From a virus: a DNA stretch of 64,000 nucleotides. Under the pieces are notes generated by a model. That model was not told where the DNA came from and did not search any database. It saw only the letters and a list, made by a program, of their open reading frames with translations. Positions within the stretch are counted from its first letter, which is position 1, and every line of letters starts with the position of its first letter. The translations under genes were made by a program, and so were the position numbers. Shown here one piece after another: positions 19,290-28,256 of the stretch. The stretch lies in IMG/VR virus record IMGVR_UViG_3300037156_000189, positions 1-64,000 of that record; one strand, written 5' to 3'.

Positions 19290-20645
19290 TCATAGGATTT
19301 TTGAAAGCTCGCGGGTTTTACGAACCAGAACTTCAGAAATTCTCTCATCGACCGAGTTGAAGAGGCTGAACACGCGGACCCGGACAGAGTTTTTCTGATT
19401 GACTCCCTGCAGCCGTGCCACAGCTTGTTGGTTGTCTCCGGGTACAAAGGAGCATTCGAGGAGTACGCATTCGGAACAGTGCGCAAGATCGATGCCTACG
19501 CCCGCGGCCACCAAATTTCCCACGAACACGCGGACGTTAGGACTGGTGCGAAAAGAATCGATGTTCTCCTGACGCTGTTTGGATGGTGTATCTCCGTTGA
19601 GGGTCACCACCCCAAATTTCTCAAGACGTTTAGCCATATAGTCCACGCCAATTTTGAACACACAGAACACCACAATTTTATCAATACCGCCGGTCGATAA
19701 ATCTTCCTCCAACTGGTCTCCGATGGCGGGGAGTTTACTCGCGAGAATGAACCGGCGTAGTGTCGTCACACTGCTCGCGGTCTTTTCTAACATCGAAACT
19801 TGCGATGCTTGGCCCATGGATGAGAGCGCCGCCTGAAGTTCCGCATCGGCTTGAATGAGTTGAGGAAACTGATCGCGGAACTCGGGGCTCAGGAAGGCAT
19901 CAGATCGCGGCACGGTGACAGTCTCGAATGTGACCGGGGGAAGCTGTGGCATCACATCTTGAAGAGTACGTCTCAGCACGAAGCCGGAGAGACGCTGCTT
20001 GAGTTCCTCGACGTTCTTGGAGCCTGTACAAACATATCCGTAAGCTGACTCCCAACCCGTTGTGTATTTCAATGTGAAGTCCCAGTAACTTTCGTCGGCT
20101 AACCCGGCCGCGTGAAGGTGGACCCAGAGTTCTGACGCATTATTTGGAGCTATTGTACCCGAGAGTCCCCAAAATCTTTTGCAAGTGGAAGCTATGCCCG
20201 CCGATCTTCGGCCACACCCATACACCGTTTTTGCACGACGGCTAGTCCTAGATTTTAGAAAATGTACTTCGTCGCATATAAGGGTCTGGAACCCAACCGA
20301 TTGAAGAATTTCCTTGTGCTTGACCGCTCCTTCATAACTGACTATCGTAACTCCGACTCCGGAAATGCGCGGGATTTCATTCGGCATCACCGCTTGAGTA
20401 ACACGGTCCATTGGTGAAAATCGCTGGAATTCCCTCAGCCAATTGATTCTCAGATTCGCCGGACAAATCACAAGAATTTTCTCCAAGCCAAGCATGTCAC
20501 AAGCTCTGATCGCACTGGGCGTTTTCCCAACCCTCATGCCGTCCCCCAACACGCAAAACGTCTTCGACGCCATCCATTCAGCCGCAACGATCTGGAAGGG
20601 AAAAGGCTGGACGAATTCGGGACGGAAGCCGGCGGCGAAGATCAT
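19290..20645 (-). CDS. SNF2-family helicase (HARP-like)
   Basis: DGMRVGKT, LVICPA, DEVH, LSGT, AGVGIDL, QAVAR. Confidence 0.9.
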   Translation of the reverse strand: MIFAAGFRPEFVQPFPFQIVAAEWMASKTFCVLGDGMRVGKTPSAIRACDMLGLEKILVICPANLRINWLREFQRFSPMDRVTQAVMPNEIPRISGVGVTIVSYEGAVKHKEILQSVGFQTLICDEVHFLKSRTSRRAKTVYGCGRRSAGIASTCKRFWGLSGTIAPNNASELWVHLHAAGLADESYWDFTLKYTTGWESAYGYVCTGSKNVEELKQRLSGFVLRRTLQDVMPQLPPVTFETVTVPRSDAFLSPEFRDQFPQLIQADAELQAALSSMGQASQVSMLEKTASSVTTLRRFILASKLPAIGDQLEEDLSTGGIDKIVVFCVFKIGVDYMAKRLEKFGVVTLNGDTPSKQRQENIDSFRTSPNVRVFVGNLVAAGVGIDLAHCSECVLLECSFVPGDNQQAVARLQGVNQKNSVRVRVFSLFNSVDERISEVLVRKTRELSKIL

Positions 20646-21196
20646 CTGTTGCTGCCCCAGTATATGTCTTCTGCGAGCAAGCGCGCTGCTTTGGCGGCTT
20701 CGATGTTCTTGAATAAGTAAAAACGCCCGATCAAATACGCTTCCGCGCGATCCGCGTTTTTAACTTTCTCAAACTTGTCTGCGCATTTTGGCAGAAGCTT
20801 CGAAGCTAATTGACGCGCTCGGCTTTTGGTATCGCTTTGAGATTCGTTAACCGCTCGGCCTAAACCCATCGCCGGTTTCCATTGGGAGGCCGAAACCAAA
20901 CTATAGGGTACGCCAGCGGCTTCGAGAATTCCCAAAACTTTTCCGAAGCCTGTTCCAAACGCGAAAGAATGAGCTTGACCTGGACGACTTGAAACGTTCT
21001 CAACTGCGGCGTGAAGCCCTCCCGATCCTACCTGGACCAAACACATTTCTACAATTGCCGCAAGGCGCGCACCATCGACCTTACCATCTTTGGCCGGCAT
21101 ATCGAAAAACTCCACAGGAACCGCGGACGAATCCATGAGGCAGAGAGCGCCCTTTATCCCTGGATCGATTGACAGGATATATCGTGGCGGAGTCAC
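20642..21196 (-). CDS. RuvC-like Holliday junction resolvase
   Basis: SIDPG, AVENV, FAFGTGFG, SQWK, DRAEAYLI. Confidence 0.85.
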   Translation of the reverse strand: MTPPRYILSIDPGIKGALCLMDSSAVPVEFFDMPAKDGKVDGARLAAIVEMCLVQVGSGGLHAAVENVSSRPGQAHSFAFGTGFGKVLGILEAAGVPYSLVSASQWKPAMGLGRAVNESQSDTKSRARQLASKLLPKCADKFEKVKNADRAEAYLIGRFYLFKNIEAAKAARLLAEDIYWGSNR

Positions 21197-21452
21197 GGAC
21201 GCGGCTCCAAAGTTTTGGCGATTTGAAGAGGGATACTGGCCTTCAGCCCGGACTCTCCGGTCAGAATGAATTTTTCCCAACAGCTTACATGCTGCCAACC
21301 CGCAACATACTCTTCGTTGATGTGCCCGTTAACATAATGCGCGCGCGAACCTTGCTCGACAACTTGAGGGCACAAATCACAAGCGTGGTCGGTCATGGTG
21401 GGATTCACATATTTACCCCAAAAGCTAATGCTGAACAAATTCGCCATTGGCC

Positions 21453-21650
21453 TCACTTTTTCTTCACCCAAAGAAGTTGATAGCCGAGCCCCGCGGCGAC
21501 CTTCTGGCTGATCGACCGGCCGCCGGATTTCATTTCCCTCAAATGCCTCGGCTCCACGCCCAACTCCCGCGCCGCGCGTTCTCCGTTGCCGTGACCGGCC
21601 ATGCGCCGGTCCAGTTCGTGGAGAACCTCTTCATCATTGACAGGGCGCAT
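21453..21650 (-). CDS. Small HTH (Cro-like) regulator
   Basis: AARELGVEPRHLREMKSGGRSISQKVAAGLG. Confidence 0.65.
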   Translation of the reverse strand: MRPVNDEEVLHELDRRMAGHGNGERAARELGVEPRHLREMKSGGRSISQKVAAGLGYQLLWVKKK

Positions 21651-21843
21651 CAGCGGCCTTCGATCCAGTCGCGCTTGGCTTGTGGGGTGTCGGTAAGAAC
21701 ATCGAGGAAAACCAGCAAGTCGGCCACACACAACTTCCGCTCCCAGGACCACTCGTCGCGATGGTTGCTACCGAGAGACCTGACTACAGCCAGCGCCAGT
21801 CTTTCCAATTCCTGCTCGGCGATCTGCTGCCTTGACAATGTGA

Positions 21844-22149
21844 TCATAAAACCCCCAACCATTTCAAAATTGCGTATGTGATTCCGAGCACGAAGCCGAT
21901 GACGATCGTGCCGTTACGAAGGCCAATCCAGAACTTTCCCCACTCATCGTCCTCGGTGTGGCTCACGTTCGGACCTTCGCCCAGGATGCCGGCTTGCGGG
22001 TAGGGCGGCAGGAGGTCGATGTTCTGCTCAAGAGATTCAGGCAGGTGCGACCGGTCGTAGGCCTGATTCGGAAAGCTGATGCCCATGTCTTCGTATCCCG
22101 TCTCTTCCCAGAGGTTGTCGAGCGTGATCTTCGTGCGGTCGTTCGTCAT
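21844..22149 (-). CDS. Hypothetical protein with C-terminal TM
   Basis: GTIVIGFVLGITYAILKWL. Confidence 0.55.
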   Translation of the reverse strand: MTNDRTKITLDNLWEETGYEDMGISFPNQAYDRSHLPESLEQNIDLLPPYPQAGILGEGPNVSHTEDDEWGKFWIGLRNGTIVIGFVLGITYAILKWLGVL

Positions 22150-22823
22150 TTTGCGGCCTCTTTCTCAACCCATTGCGGTTCAGGTAATTCGCGCCGGACG
22201 ATCGCCGCGCACTCCGCGAGCGCTATCGCGCGAGCGTCGGCGGCGTCGGCGGCCCAGGCGGCGGCGGCGGCGGCGACGGCGGCGGCGGCGACGGCGGCGG
22301 CGACGGATGTGGCGGCGGCGGATGTGGCGGCGGCGGCGGCGGCGGCGACGGACTTGCGGCGCGCCGCGTGCAGCTTGTCCACCCGCTCGTCGACGACGTG
22401 GGTGGCGGCGGCGGCGGCGTAGGCGGCGGTGGTGGCGGTGGTGGCGGCGTCGGCGTCGGCGGCGTCGGCGTAGGCGGCGTAGGTGGCGGTTCTAGCTCGG
22501 CGAACATCTTCGATGTTCACCTCGCCGCGTGCCCACGCGCGGGCCGTTTCGATGGCCAGGCGCGGCCGATCTTCTCCCACCTTGACATATTTCAACGCGG
22601 TTTCAGCGCACGCGCAGGCGGCCAGAACAATCTGTTGGCGCGTATGCCATCCGGGCGCTCCGCACATGCGACCAGCGAGCCACAACCCCCAATCGCCGCG
22701 ATCGCAGGTTGTCCAAACTTCGTGCAGGTCTTTGCCTTCCGCCCAGCGAGTCGCTTCGGCGCAGGCGCTCAGATCGTGCAGCAAGTCGTGGAATCGTTGT
22801 GCGTTCATGGAGCTATCTTTCAT
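22146..22823 (-). CDS. Imm5-like phage protein with a long poly-Ala tract
   Basis: LSACAEATRW, CDRGDW.LWL, ACACAETAL, EDRPRLAIETARAW; GCC-codon tract. Confidence 0.7.
   Translation of the reverse strand: MKDSSMNAQRFHDLLHDLSACAEATRWAEGKDLHEVWTTCDRGDWGLWLAGRMCGAPGWHTRQQIVLAACACAETALKYVKVGEDRPRLAIETARAWARGEVNIEDVRRARTATYAAYADAADADAATTATTAAYAAAAATHVVDERVDKLHAARRKSVAAAAAAATSAAATSVAAAVAAAAVAAAAAAWAADAADARAIALAECAAIVRRELPEPQWVEKEAAK
22236..22490 (-). repeat. Imperfect (GCC)n trinucleotide tract
   Basis: Long GGC runs on the + strand. Confidence 0.9.
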
Positions 22824-23007
22824 TTCGCGGCTTCCCTCATCTCAACGCCGTCAAAGCCAGTGAAATAATTACCGCGCTTCGCCAGCACCGTATTGACGGC
22901 CCGCGCAAGTTCTTCTTCGTCCAGTACGATGTACTCATAGCTGTATACAAAATAAAGATCGCGCATCTCGGTAGCTTCTGTGAGCGTGACAGGGGTAAAA
23001 GTAGCGT

Positions 23008-23151
23008 TCATTTCGCGGCCTCTTTCTGACGGCGGGCAGTCTGCCAGTAAGGCGTCTTGCACTTCCCGCAGCGGATTGGCGCAAGCAAGCGCGAGGTAAA
23101 GCTTTTCGCGCACCGCTTGCACTTGTGCTCATACATCGTGATCTGTTTCAT
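23008..23151 (-). CDS. Small Zn-ribbon protein (CKRC...CGKCKTPYW), probably leaderless
   Basis: 47 aa; ATG 6 nt after a TATGGT box. Confidence 0.6.
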   Translation of the reverse strand: MKQITMYEHKCKRCAKSFTSRLLAPIRCGKCKTPYWQTARRQKEAAK

Positions 23152-23157
23152 ATATGC

Positions 23158-23187
23158 ACCATAGAGTACCCGCAAGGTGTATGTCAA
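23158..23187 (-). promoter_or_regulatory. Sigma70-like promoter
   Basis: TTGACA-18-TATGGT. Confidence 0.65.
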
Positions 23188-23657
23188 GAAAAATTTGAGG
23201 GCACTCGAAAATAATATGTGGGCTGATGCAGGAAAACGGCCAGCTCTCACTGCTTGAGATCTGGCCGCTTTGTTTGGTGGGATGTGCGGCGGGCGTCCAT
23301 CGGTTGTGCGCGTAACGTTCCCGGTACGCCAATGTGGACGGGTGACGGTGGGCTTAGTGGAAGATCATACAAAGTGCACCGAGAATGAGCGTCACAATGC
23401 AGAAAATAGAAGTGTAGTTCATTCGCCGGCAGCTCTTGTTTGCCCCTTCGCCGAGGATGTTGGCATGGTCGTAGAGCGGTTCGTCAATGTAACGAGCGAG
23501 TGATTCAGGCAGGTCATTCATGGCTTCCTCCGGTCTGCGCCCTTGCGCCGCTCTTCCCCAAACCAGCGATAGGCTGTGACCAGTTTGTAAATCTCAAACG
23601 CGAGCCAAACCAGCAGCCCGGCGATCATGCCCACGAGCAGAAAAATCAAGTCGCGAT

Positions 23658-23963
23658 CTACCACGGCATGCCTGCTCTCTGGGCAAAGAAAACAACAGCC
23701 CAGATCAGGACCACGGCAATGATGGCGACGAGAGCTACCAGACTCCAATCCTCTTTCTGCAGCTGCTCATCCTGCTTGAAGCTGGCCATGATGCTTTTAA
23801 CGTCAGTGGCCCGCATCTGAGATTCGAGCGCGAGGGCTTCAAGAAGGTCCAGTCGGTTGGCTTCCTCGACGCCGGTGGTGTCAATCGCTGTTTGGTGATA
23901 TGTGGTTGTCAGCATGGCCTTCCTTTGTACCGAGGGTGGGATGGGCGGGATCGCGCGATTCAT
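23658..23963 (-). CDS. Hypothetical TM protein
   Basis: LVALVAIIAVVLIWAVVFF. Confidence 0.5.
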   Translation of the reverse strand: MNRAIPPIPPSVQRKAMLTTTYHQTAIDTTGVEEANRLDLLEALALESQMRATDVKSIMASFKQDEQLQKEDWSLVALVAIIAVVLIWAVVFFAQRAGMPW

Positions 23964-24268
23964 TTTATGTACACCTTCCCGGCGCCAGTGTAAGAGTCTT
24001 GTTTTTTGGGGGTTGGGGTTTTGAGGGGTAGCTTGCCTATGACTGTGACTTTCAGCCACGGTCCTTCCTCATCGATTCGGACGGTGAAGCCGGCCTCAAT
24101 AGCTCCCGCGTGGATCTGCTTAGGAGTGAACCTGGCCTTTGGGGTGCGGAAGATTCCACCAATGCCCATCAGCTTATAGTTGCCCTTGAGAAAGGCTGTG
24201 CTTTCCTTGGGGCCTTTCAGCGGATCCGTCTCATTATCAAAGTGCCAGTGTCTGTTTTGTACGAGCAT
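23960..24268 (-). CDS. Hypothetical protein
   Basis: SD GAGG, 102 aa. Confidence 0.5.
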   Translation of the reverse strand: MLVQNRHWHFDNETDPLKGPKESTAFLKGNYKLMGIGGIFRTPKARFTPKQIHAGAIEAGFTVRIDEEGPWLKVTVIGKLPLKTPTPKKQDSYTGAGKVYIK

Positions 24269-24282
24269 GGGATTGGTCCTCT

Positions 24283-24711
24283 CTATTCAAAAATGGTGTC
24301 TTCAGTAACCGGGACGGCATCGAGGTCATCGGTCCAAAAACGAGAGCTCCATTGATTCGTCCGGTAGTAGCCCGAGCGCTTCGGTGACTTGAGAGTCGTG
24401 GGTGGGGCCGGGGCTGCGGTCGGAGTTGGAGCGTCGTCAAAGATCGAGGTTGGGACTGAGGTTGGGGCCACGGCGGGGCTTACCGCTGCGGAGCCCGAAC
24501 CCGCAGCCGAATCTGTCCTCCAGACGGTCACAGTCCCATCTCCGTTGCCGCGAGTCTTCACCCTGGCGCCGACGGATCGCGCGCAAGAATGAACGCTCAT
24601 CTGTTGCGCGGCAGGTATATCGATGCAGTCCCCATGACCCATAGATTTGATGGCGCCCGACAAACCTTTGGATCGAGGAATCGGAACGCCTCTGCGTATT
24701 GTGTATTGCAT
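24283..24711 (-). CDS. Small DNA-binding-like phage protein (IRRGVPIP...M..GD...TVWR)
   Basis: SD GAGGT; motif pattern common in small phage DNA-binding proteins. Confidence 0.55.
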   Translation of the reverse strand: MQYTIRRGVPIPRSKGLSGAIKSMGHGDCIDIPAAQQMSVHSCARSVGARVKTRGNGDGTVTVWRTDSAAGSGSAAVSPAVAPTSVPTSIFDDAPTPTAAPAPPTTLKSPKRSGYYRTNQWSSRFWTDDLDAVPVTEDTIFE

Positions 24712-24731
24712 GGAAACACCTCTTATTGTGC

Positions 24732-24760
24732 ATGGTATAGGATAGGCGCGGGAATGTCAA
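24732..24760 (-). promoter_or_regulatory. Sigma70-like promoter
   Basis: TTGACA-17-TACCAT. Confidence 0.7.
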
Positions 24761-25299
24761 TGTAAAATGGATGGATACAAGGGGTATACGCGAAGGAAGC
24801 CATGCAAGGGTTGTGTAAAATCCTTTTAACGCTGGGGGAGAATGTGTGTGATGTTTTTGTAAAAAACCGGACGAAGCACTTATTTTTACACAAAACATGT
24901 ATTGTCACTGTGGGATCGTTGCGAGATTGTTGCGCTGTCCGCGCAAAAACGACCGGTGGTCTCCTGTACCAAGGTGGTGGAAGACTGGCGATCCCAGGGG
25001 CGGGACCGCTCCGCAAAACCACAAACATCTCTGTGTCAAAAACCCCTGTAGGTGCGCAAGGTTGGAAAGGCCGCGGCTGAGGGTGCCGTAGGCTGTCACA
25101 GGCTCACGGCGGCCCCGCAGAGACCTCAGACAACCCCCACAAGAGGGGGGCTCACGGAGCGGTCCAGATGGCTTTTCCAGGCAATTCCATGCTGACCTGG
25201 TGATTCCCTGTCATTCTGAGTGAAAAAAACAGGGGATATACGTCTGATTCCACAAGAGATACTAACCGCCGAAAGGTCGAAACGCGTCGGTTCAGATCA

Positions 25300-25580
25300 G
25301 CCATGAAAAACGCATTATCATGAATACAATGTATTGCAGTGAAAATACACGGTATACAACATTTCAATCCCCTATTATTTATTATTGAATTGATTTTCTA
25401 CCTAGAATATAAAGAAAGCTTAGAAAAGAGGTGCTAAACGCTTTGTTTTCAACAGTGATTTTTTCTACGTGAAGATGAGGCTTTCTATGTAGCAGATAGA
25501 ACGAAAGCTCCCACCTCTGCCGCTGGGCCTCAACTGTCTCTCTGTCTGTTGATTCTAAAGGGGTTGCATGAAAATAGAAA
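25300..25580. other. Candidate replication origin: AT-rich segment with repeated TTTCTA(C/T) and IHF-like sites
   Basis: Lies in a roughly 900-bp stretch without credible ORFs; motifs at 25395, 25462, 25482 and inverted at 25421, 25574. Confidence 0.4.
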
Positions 25581-25608
25581 AGGCTCCCCCGATGAAGAGG
25601 AGCCTTTT
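25578..25608. terminator. Bidirectional terminator
   Basis: AAAAGGCTCC...GGAGCCTTTT. Confidence 0.7.
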
Positions 25609-25627
25609 AGACGCCGTGCGGCGAAGA

Positions 25628-26122
25628 TCAGAGCCCAACCAGGTCGGAACGACCCTCGGCAATAGAGGCCATCATTGTGCTGATCGCATCCTGAACGTGG
25701 GCCTCCCATTTGTCGGCGTTGATGTGCTCCACGAGCCAAGCAATCTCAGCGTCAGTTGCAGCCACATCAGAGCAGAGGATTGCTTTGGCCCAACCCTTAT
25801 CTGGCCGTGCCATCAAATTCAAAAAACCGCGCGACACTGTGTACTCGCCAAAACGGTAGCCACGGGCCTTAAGCATATCCTTGATCGGATAAGTGGAGCG
25901 CGTAAACACGATCTCCAAGGTACGCTTTACGCCATCGCCATACACGCGGGATGTGATGAGTGGCCCTTTGGCCTCATCATCTGCGCGCTTGGCTTTGCCC
26001 CAGCACTGTGGGCAATCTTGAGAGGCGCGATAAGCTACGGTACGATCCCGCTCTTTGCCGGGGCCATACAGTTGGACGGTTGAGGTGTGTCCACAGGAGT
26101 GATTGATTGTAGTCCAAGCCAT
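25628..26122 (-). CDS. Phage early protein (HSCGH...LYG...R...CPQC N-terminal Zn motif)
   Basis: SD AAAGGA; recurring phage N-terminal motif. Confidence 0.65.
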   Translation of the reverse strand: MAWTTINHSCGHTSTVQLYGPGKERDRTVAYRASQDCPQCWGKAKRADDEAKGPLITSRVYGDGVKRTLEIVFTRSTYPIKDMLKARGYRFGEYTVSRGFLNLMARPDKGWAKAILCSDVAATDAEIAWLVEHINADKWEAHVQDAISTMMASIAEGRSDLVGL

Positions 26123-26139
26123 TTCGGGTCGTCCTTTCC

Positions 26140-26195
26140 GTTGTCTGTTGTCTGCTGTCTGTTGTCTGTTGTCTGTTGTCTGTTGTCTGTTGTCT
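26140..26195. repeat. Heptamer tandem repeat (GTTGTCT)x8, one variant unit GCTGTCT
   Basis: Read directly; intergenic. Confidence 0.95.
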
Positions 26196-26289
26196 CACTC
26201 GACGGCTAGGGCCAGTACTGCGCACACCAAGGCTATGATCAGCCAGCCGAAAGCGCGCAGGAGGTGAGAGTGGTCAGAGGATGAGGGGG

Positions 26290-26859
26290 TCATAAATTGG
26301 CCTCCTGTTTTGCTTTCAATAACCATTCTCCCAACACGGGGAACCGTTCTGCGATCTCGCCCCAGGTCGGATACTTACCACACGCTTTGCTGTATTCGGC
26401 TGGCCATTGAGTGCTCGTTTTGTATCCCCGCTGGTATCTCTTCCGAGCGGTCAGCAGATTCAGGAAGTAGGCGTCCAGCTCGCGTAAGGGGGTGCTGATC
26501 CCCCAGGCAGGTTCGCAGGCTGTCAAGCTTGGGTAGCCGTACCCGCCGGTTCCCACCACTGGAACTTTCCTTGGCAGCTCGACCCTGAAGGCTTCGCGGT
26601 ATTTGGCGATGTCGTCTGTGTCGGCGTCATAAATCCGGACGTTGCAATGGTCGTGCCAGGCGATGCAGTTGTACCGGGCCAGGACTTCGAAGTCAGCCGG
26701 TGGGATAAGGGCCTCAAAATGCCGCGTGATGGCCTCTGTGACCTCCGCCTGGCGTTCCGGGGACGCGATCCGGTCTGAATAGTCCTGCCATGCCTCTTGC
26801 ACCAGTCGGGACAGCAGCCCGGCCTCGGCGCGTGGTTTGAATCTTGCTTTTAGGTTCAT
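26290..26859 (-). CDS. Hypothetical protein
   Basis: ATGA-coupled to the resolvase. Confidence 0.55.
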   Translation of the reverse strand: MNLKARFKPRAEAGLLSRLVQEAWQDYSDRIASPERQAEVTEAITRHFEALIPPADFEVLARYNCIAWHDHCNVRIYDADTDDIAKYREAFRVELPRKVPVVGTGGYGYPSLTACEPAWGISTPLRELDAYFLNLLTARKRYQRGYKTSTQWPAEYSKACGKYPTWGEIAERFPVLGEWLLKAKQEANL

Positions 26860-27431
26860 GCCGCGACCTCCTCTTTTGCTTGGTTTTTCAGCCACGAATA
26901 CACCGTTTGCCTTGAAACGCCCACGGCGCGTGCCATCTCCGCCACACCTTTGCCCTCGGCCGCGAGTTTGGTCAGTTGGTCGAGCTTGCCGTTGTTTGAG
27001 CGGATGGCGGGCGCTCTGCCCTTGTAGACCCCTTTGGCGCGAGCGATTGCGACGCCTTCCCGTTGCCGGGACAGTATCATCGCTCTTTCCAGTTCTGCGA
27101 ACGAGCCCATGATGTTTAGCATGAATTGGGCCATAGGCGTGGAATCGTTTGTGAAGACCATATTTTCTTTAATGAACTCCACTGCGACTCCGCGAGACGT
27201 GAGGTTTTTCACAATGTCTCGCAAGTCGCCCAGGTTGCGACAAAGCCTGTCCATGCTGTGGACAATCAGCCGGTCACCCTCGCGAGCCCACTCAAGCGCC
27301 GCCTGTAGCTGGGGCCTTTGGATATCCTTACCTGACAGATGGTCTTCGAAAATTTTATCAACTTGCACGCCTTCGAGCTGGCGAGCTGTGTTCTGGTCGA
27401 TTGAAGAGACGCGCTTATATCCGATTTTCAT
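26856..27431 (-). CDS. Small serine recombinase (resolvase/invertase family)
   Basis: GYKRVSS.DQN..RQL, SGKD..RPQL, MDRLCRN, FAELER..I..RQREG..IAR..G.YKGR, C-terminal HTH VSRQTVY. Confidence 0.95.
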   Translation of the reverse strand: MKIGYKRVSSIDQNTARQLEGVQVDKIFEDHLSGKDIQRPQLQAALEWAREGDRLIVHSMDRLCRNLGDLRDIVKNLTSRGVAVEFIKENMVFTNDSTPMAQFMLNIMGSFAELERAMILSRQREGVAIARAKGVYKGRAPAIRSNNGKLDQLTKLAAEGKGVAEMARAVGVSRQTVYSWLKNQAKEEVAA

Positions 27432-27961
27432 AAGTTTTTCTTTCTTGCTTCGGCTTCGGTTGCTTCCAGTTGTTCGATAGCTGCGGCGGATGGCCAGCGG
27501 TGATAATCATCTCGGCAGTCTCCGTTAAATCCAGCTGGATGGTAGCCATCGCATTGGCCACACTCTTCCCAATCGTCAGGCGGGTTTTTAACGTAAAAAC
27601 CGGCGTGTTTCAAGGCCGGCGCCCAAGTGCCGGCCGCCTTTGTTTTCGCCATGATGGCCCGGTACCTATCACCATCTTCAGAGCAGCTATAGCAGGTGAT
27701 GAGATCCCGGCCTTTCATGCCGTATTCGTTTGCGTGGTAGAGGTTCATGCAGTGTTCGGGCGGAATGATGCCGCGCGGGTCCGGGCTGGAGGCTACTGTG
27801 TCTCCGCACGGTTTCGCCCCTTGGCAGCCGTGCGAATAGACGGATCGGTTGCAAGCCTCGCAGGTTCCCATGAAGCGAATAACGTGAACCTGGCCGCATC
27901 CGAAGGATTGAAAGAATTGAGCTTGTTTGGTGCGCCAAGATAGGCGCTTGGTAAGTTCCAT
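27428..27961 (-). CDS. Cys-rich hypothetical protein
   Basis: CEAC, CYSC, CGQC..YH...F.GDCRDD. Confidence 0.6.
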   Translation of the reverse strand: MELTKRLSWRTKQAQFFQSFGCGQVHVIRFMGTCEACNRSVYSHGCQGAKPCGDTVASSPDPRGIIPPEHCMNLYHANEYGMKGRDLITCYSCSEDGDRYRAIMAKTKAAGTWAPALKHAGFYVKNPPDDWEECGQCDGYHPAGFNGDCRDDYHRWPSAAAIEQLEATEAEARKKNL

Positions 27962-28006
27962 TGTGATCCTCGTTTTTCTCGTCCTGAGTGCCGGACGTTG
28001 GGTGTT

Positions 28007-28162
28007 TTAGTATTTGTTGGAACGGCGGACAGTGATACTCACGTCGTAGCCGTCGTGATTGATGAGACTCCGCCGAACGTCCCCGGCGTCGTCTGTTGGG
28101 CTGCAGAAAACGGTGTCGATTTTCTTGCCGTGTAAGTAAACGTTCCATGCTTGGTGGGCCAT
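28007..28162 (-). CDS. Small phage early protein (MAHQAWNVYLHGKKIDTVF...VRRSLINHDGYD)
   Basis: 51 aa, SD GGAG, not in the ORF track; recognisable phage motif. Confidence 0.7.
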   Translation of the reverse strand: MAHQAWNVYLHGKKIDTVFCSPTDDAGDVRRSLINHDGYDVSITVRRSNKY

Positions 28163-28183
28163 TTTGTCCGTCTCCGTTCTTAA

Positions 28184-28250
28184 ATCCTATTACACTTTCA
28201 TCCTCTTGTCAATATGCTATTTTGACAAAAGATCCAATTTTCGTTACCCT
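28184..28250. promoter_or_regulatory. Back-to-back divergent sigma70 promoters
   Basis: - strand TTGACA-17-TAGGAT; + strand TTGACA-17-TACCCT. Confidence 0.7.
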
Positions 28251-28256
28251 CTACCC

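Noticed and set aside
20642-21196. RNA-guided RuvC nuclease (TnpB or TasR-like)
   Set aside because: About 185 aa of plain resolvase with no Zn finger, Nop domain or adjacent array
21958-22868. Poly-Arg, poly-Pro and poly-Gly ORFs in other frames
   Set aside because: Shadows of the GCC tract in the real - strand gene
26140-26195. CRISPR or mini-array
   Set aside because: Contiguous 7-mers without spacers; no repeat-spacer array was seen anywhere in the window
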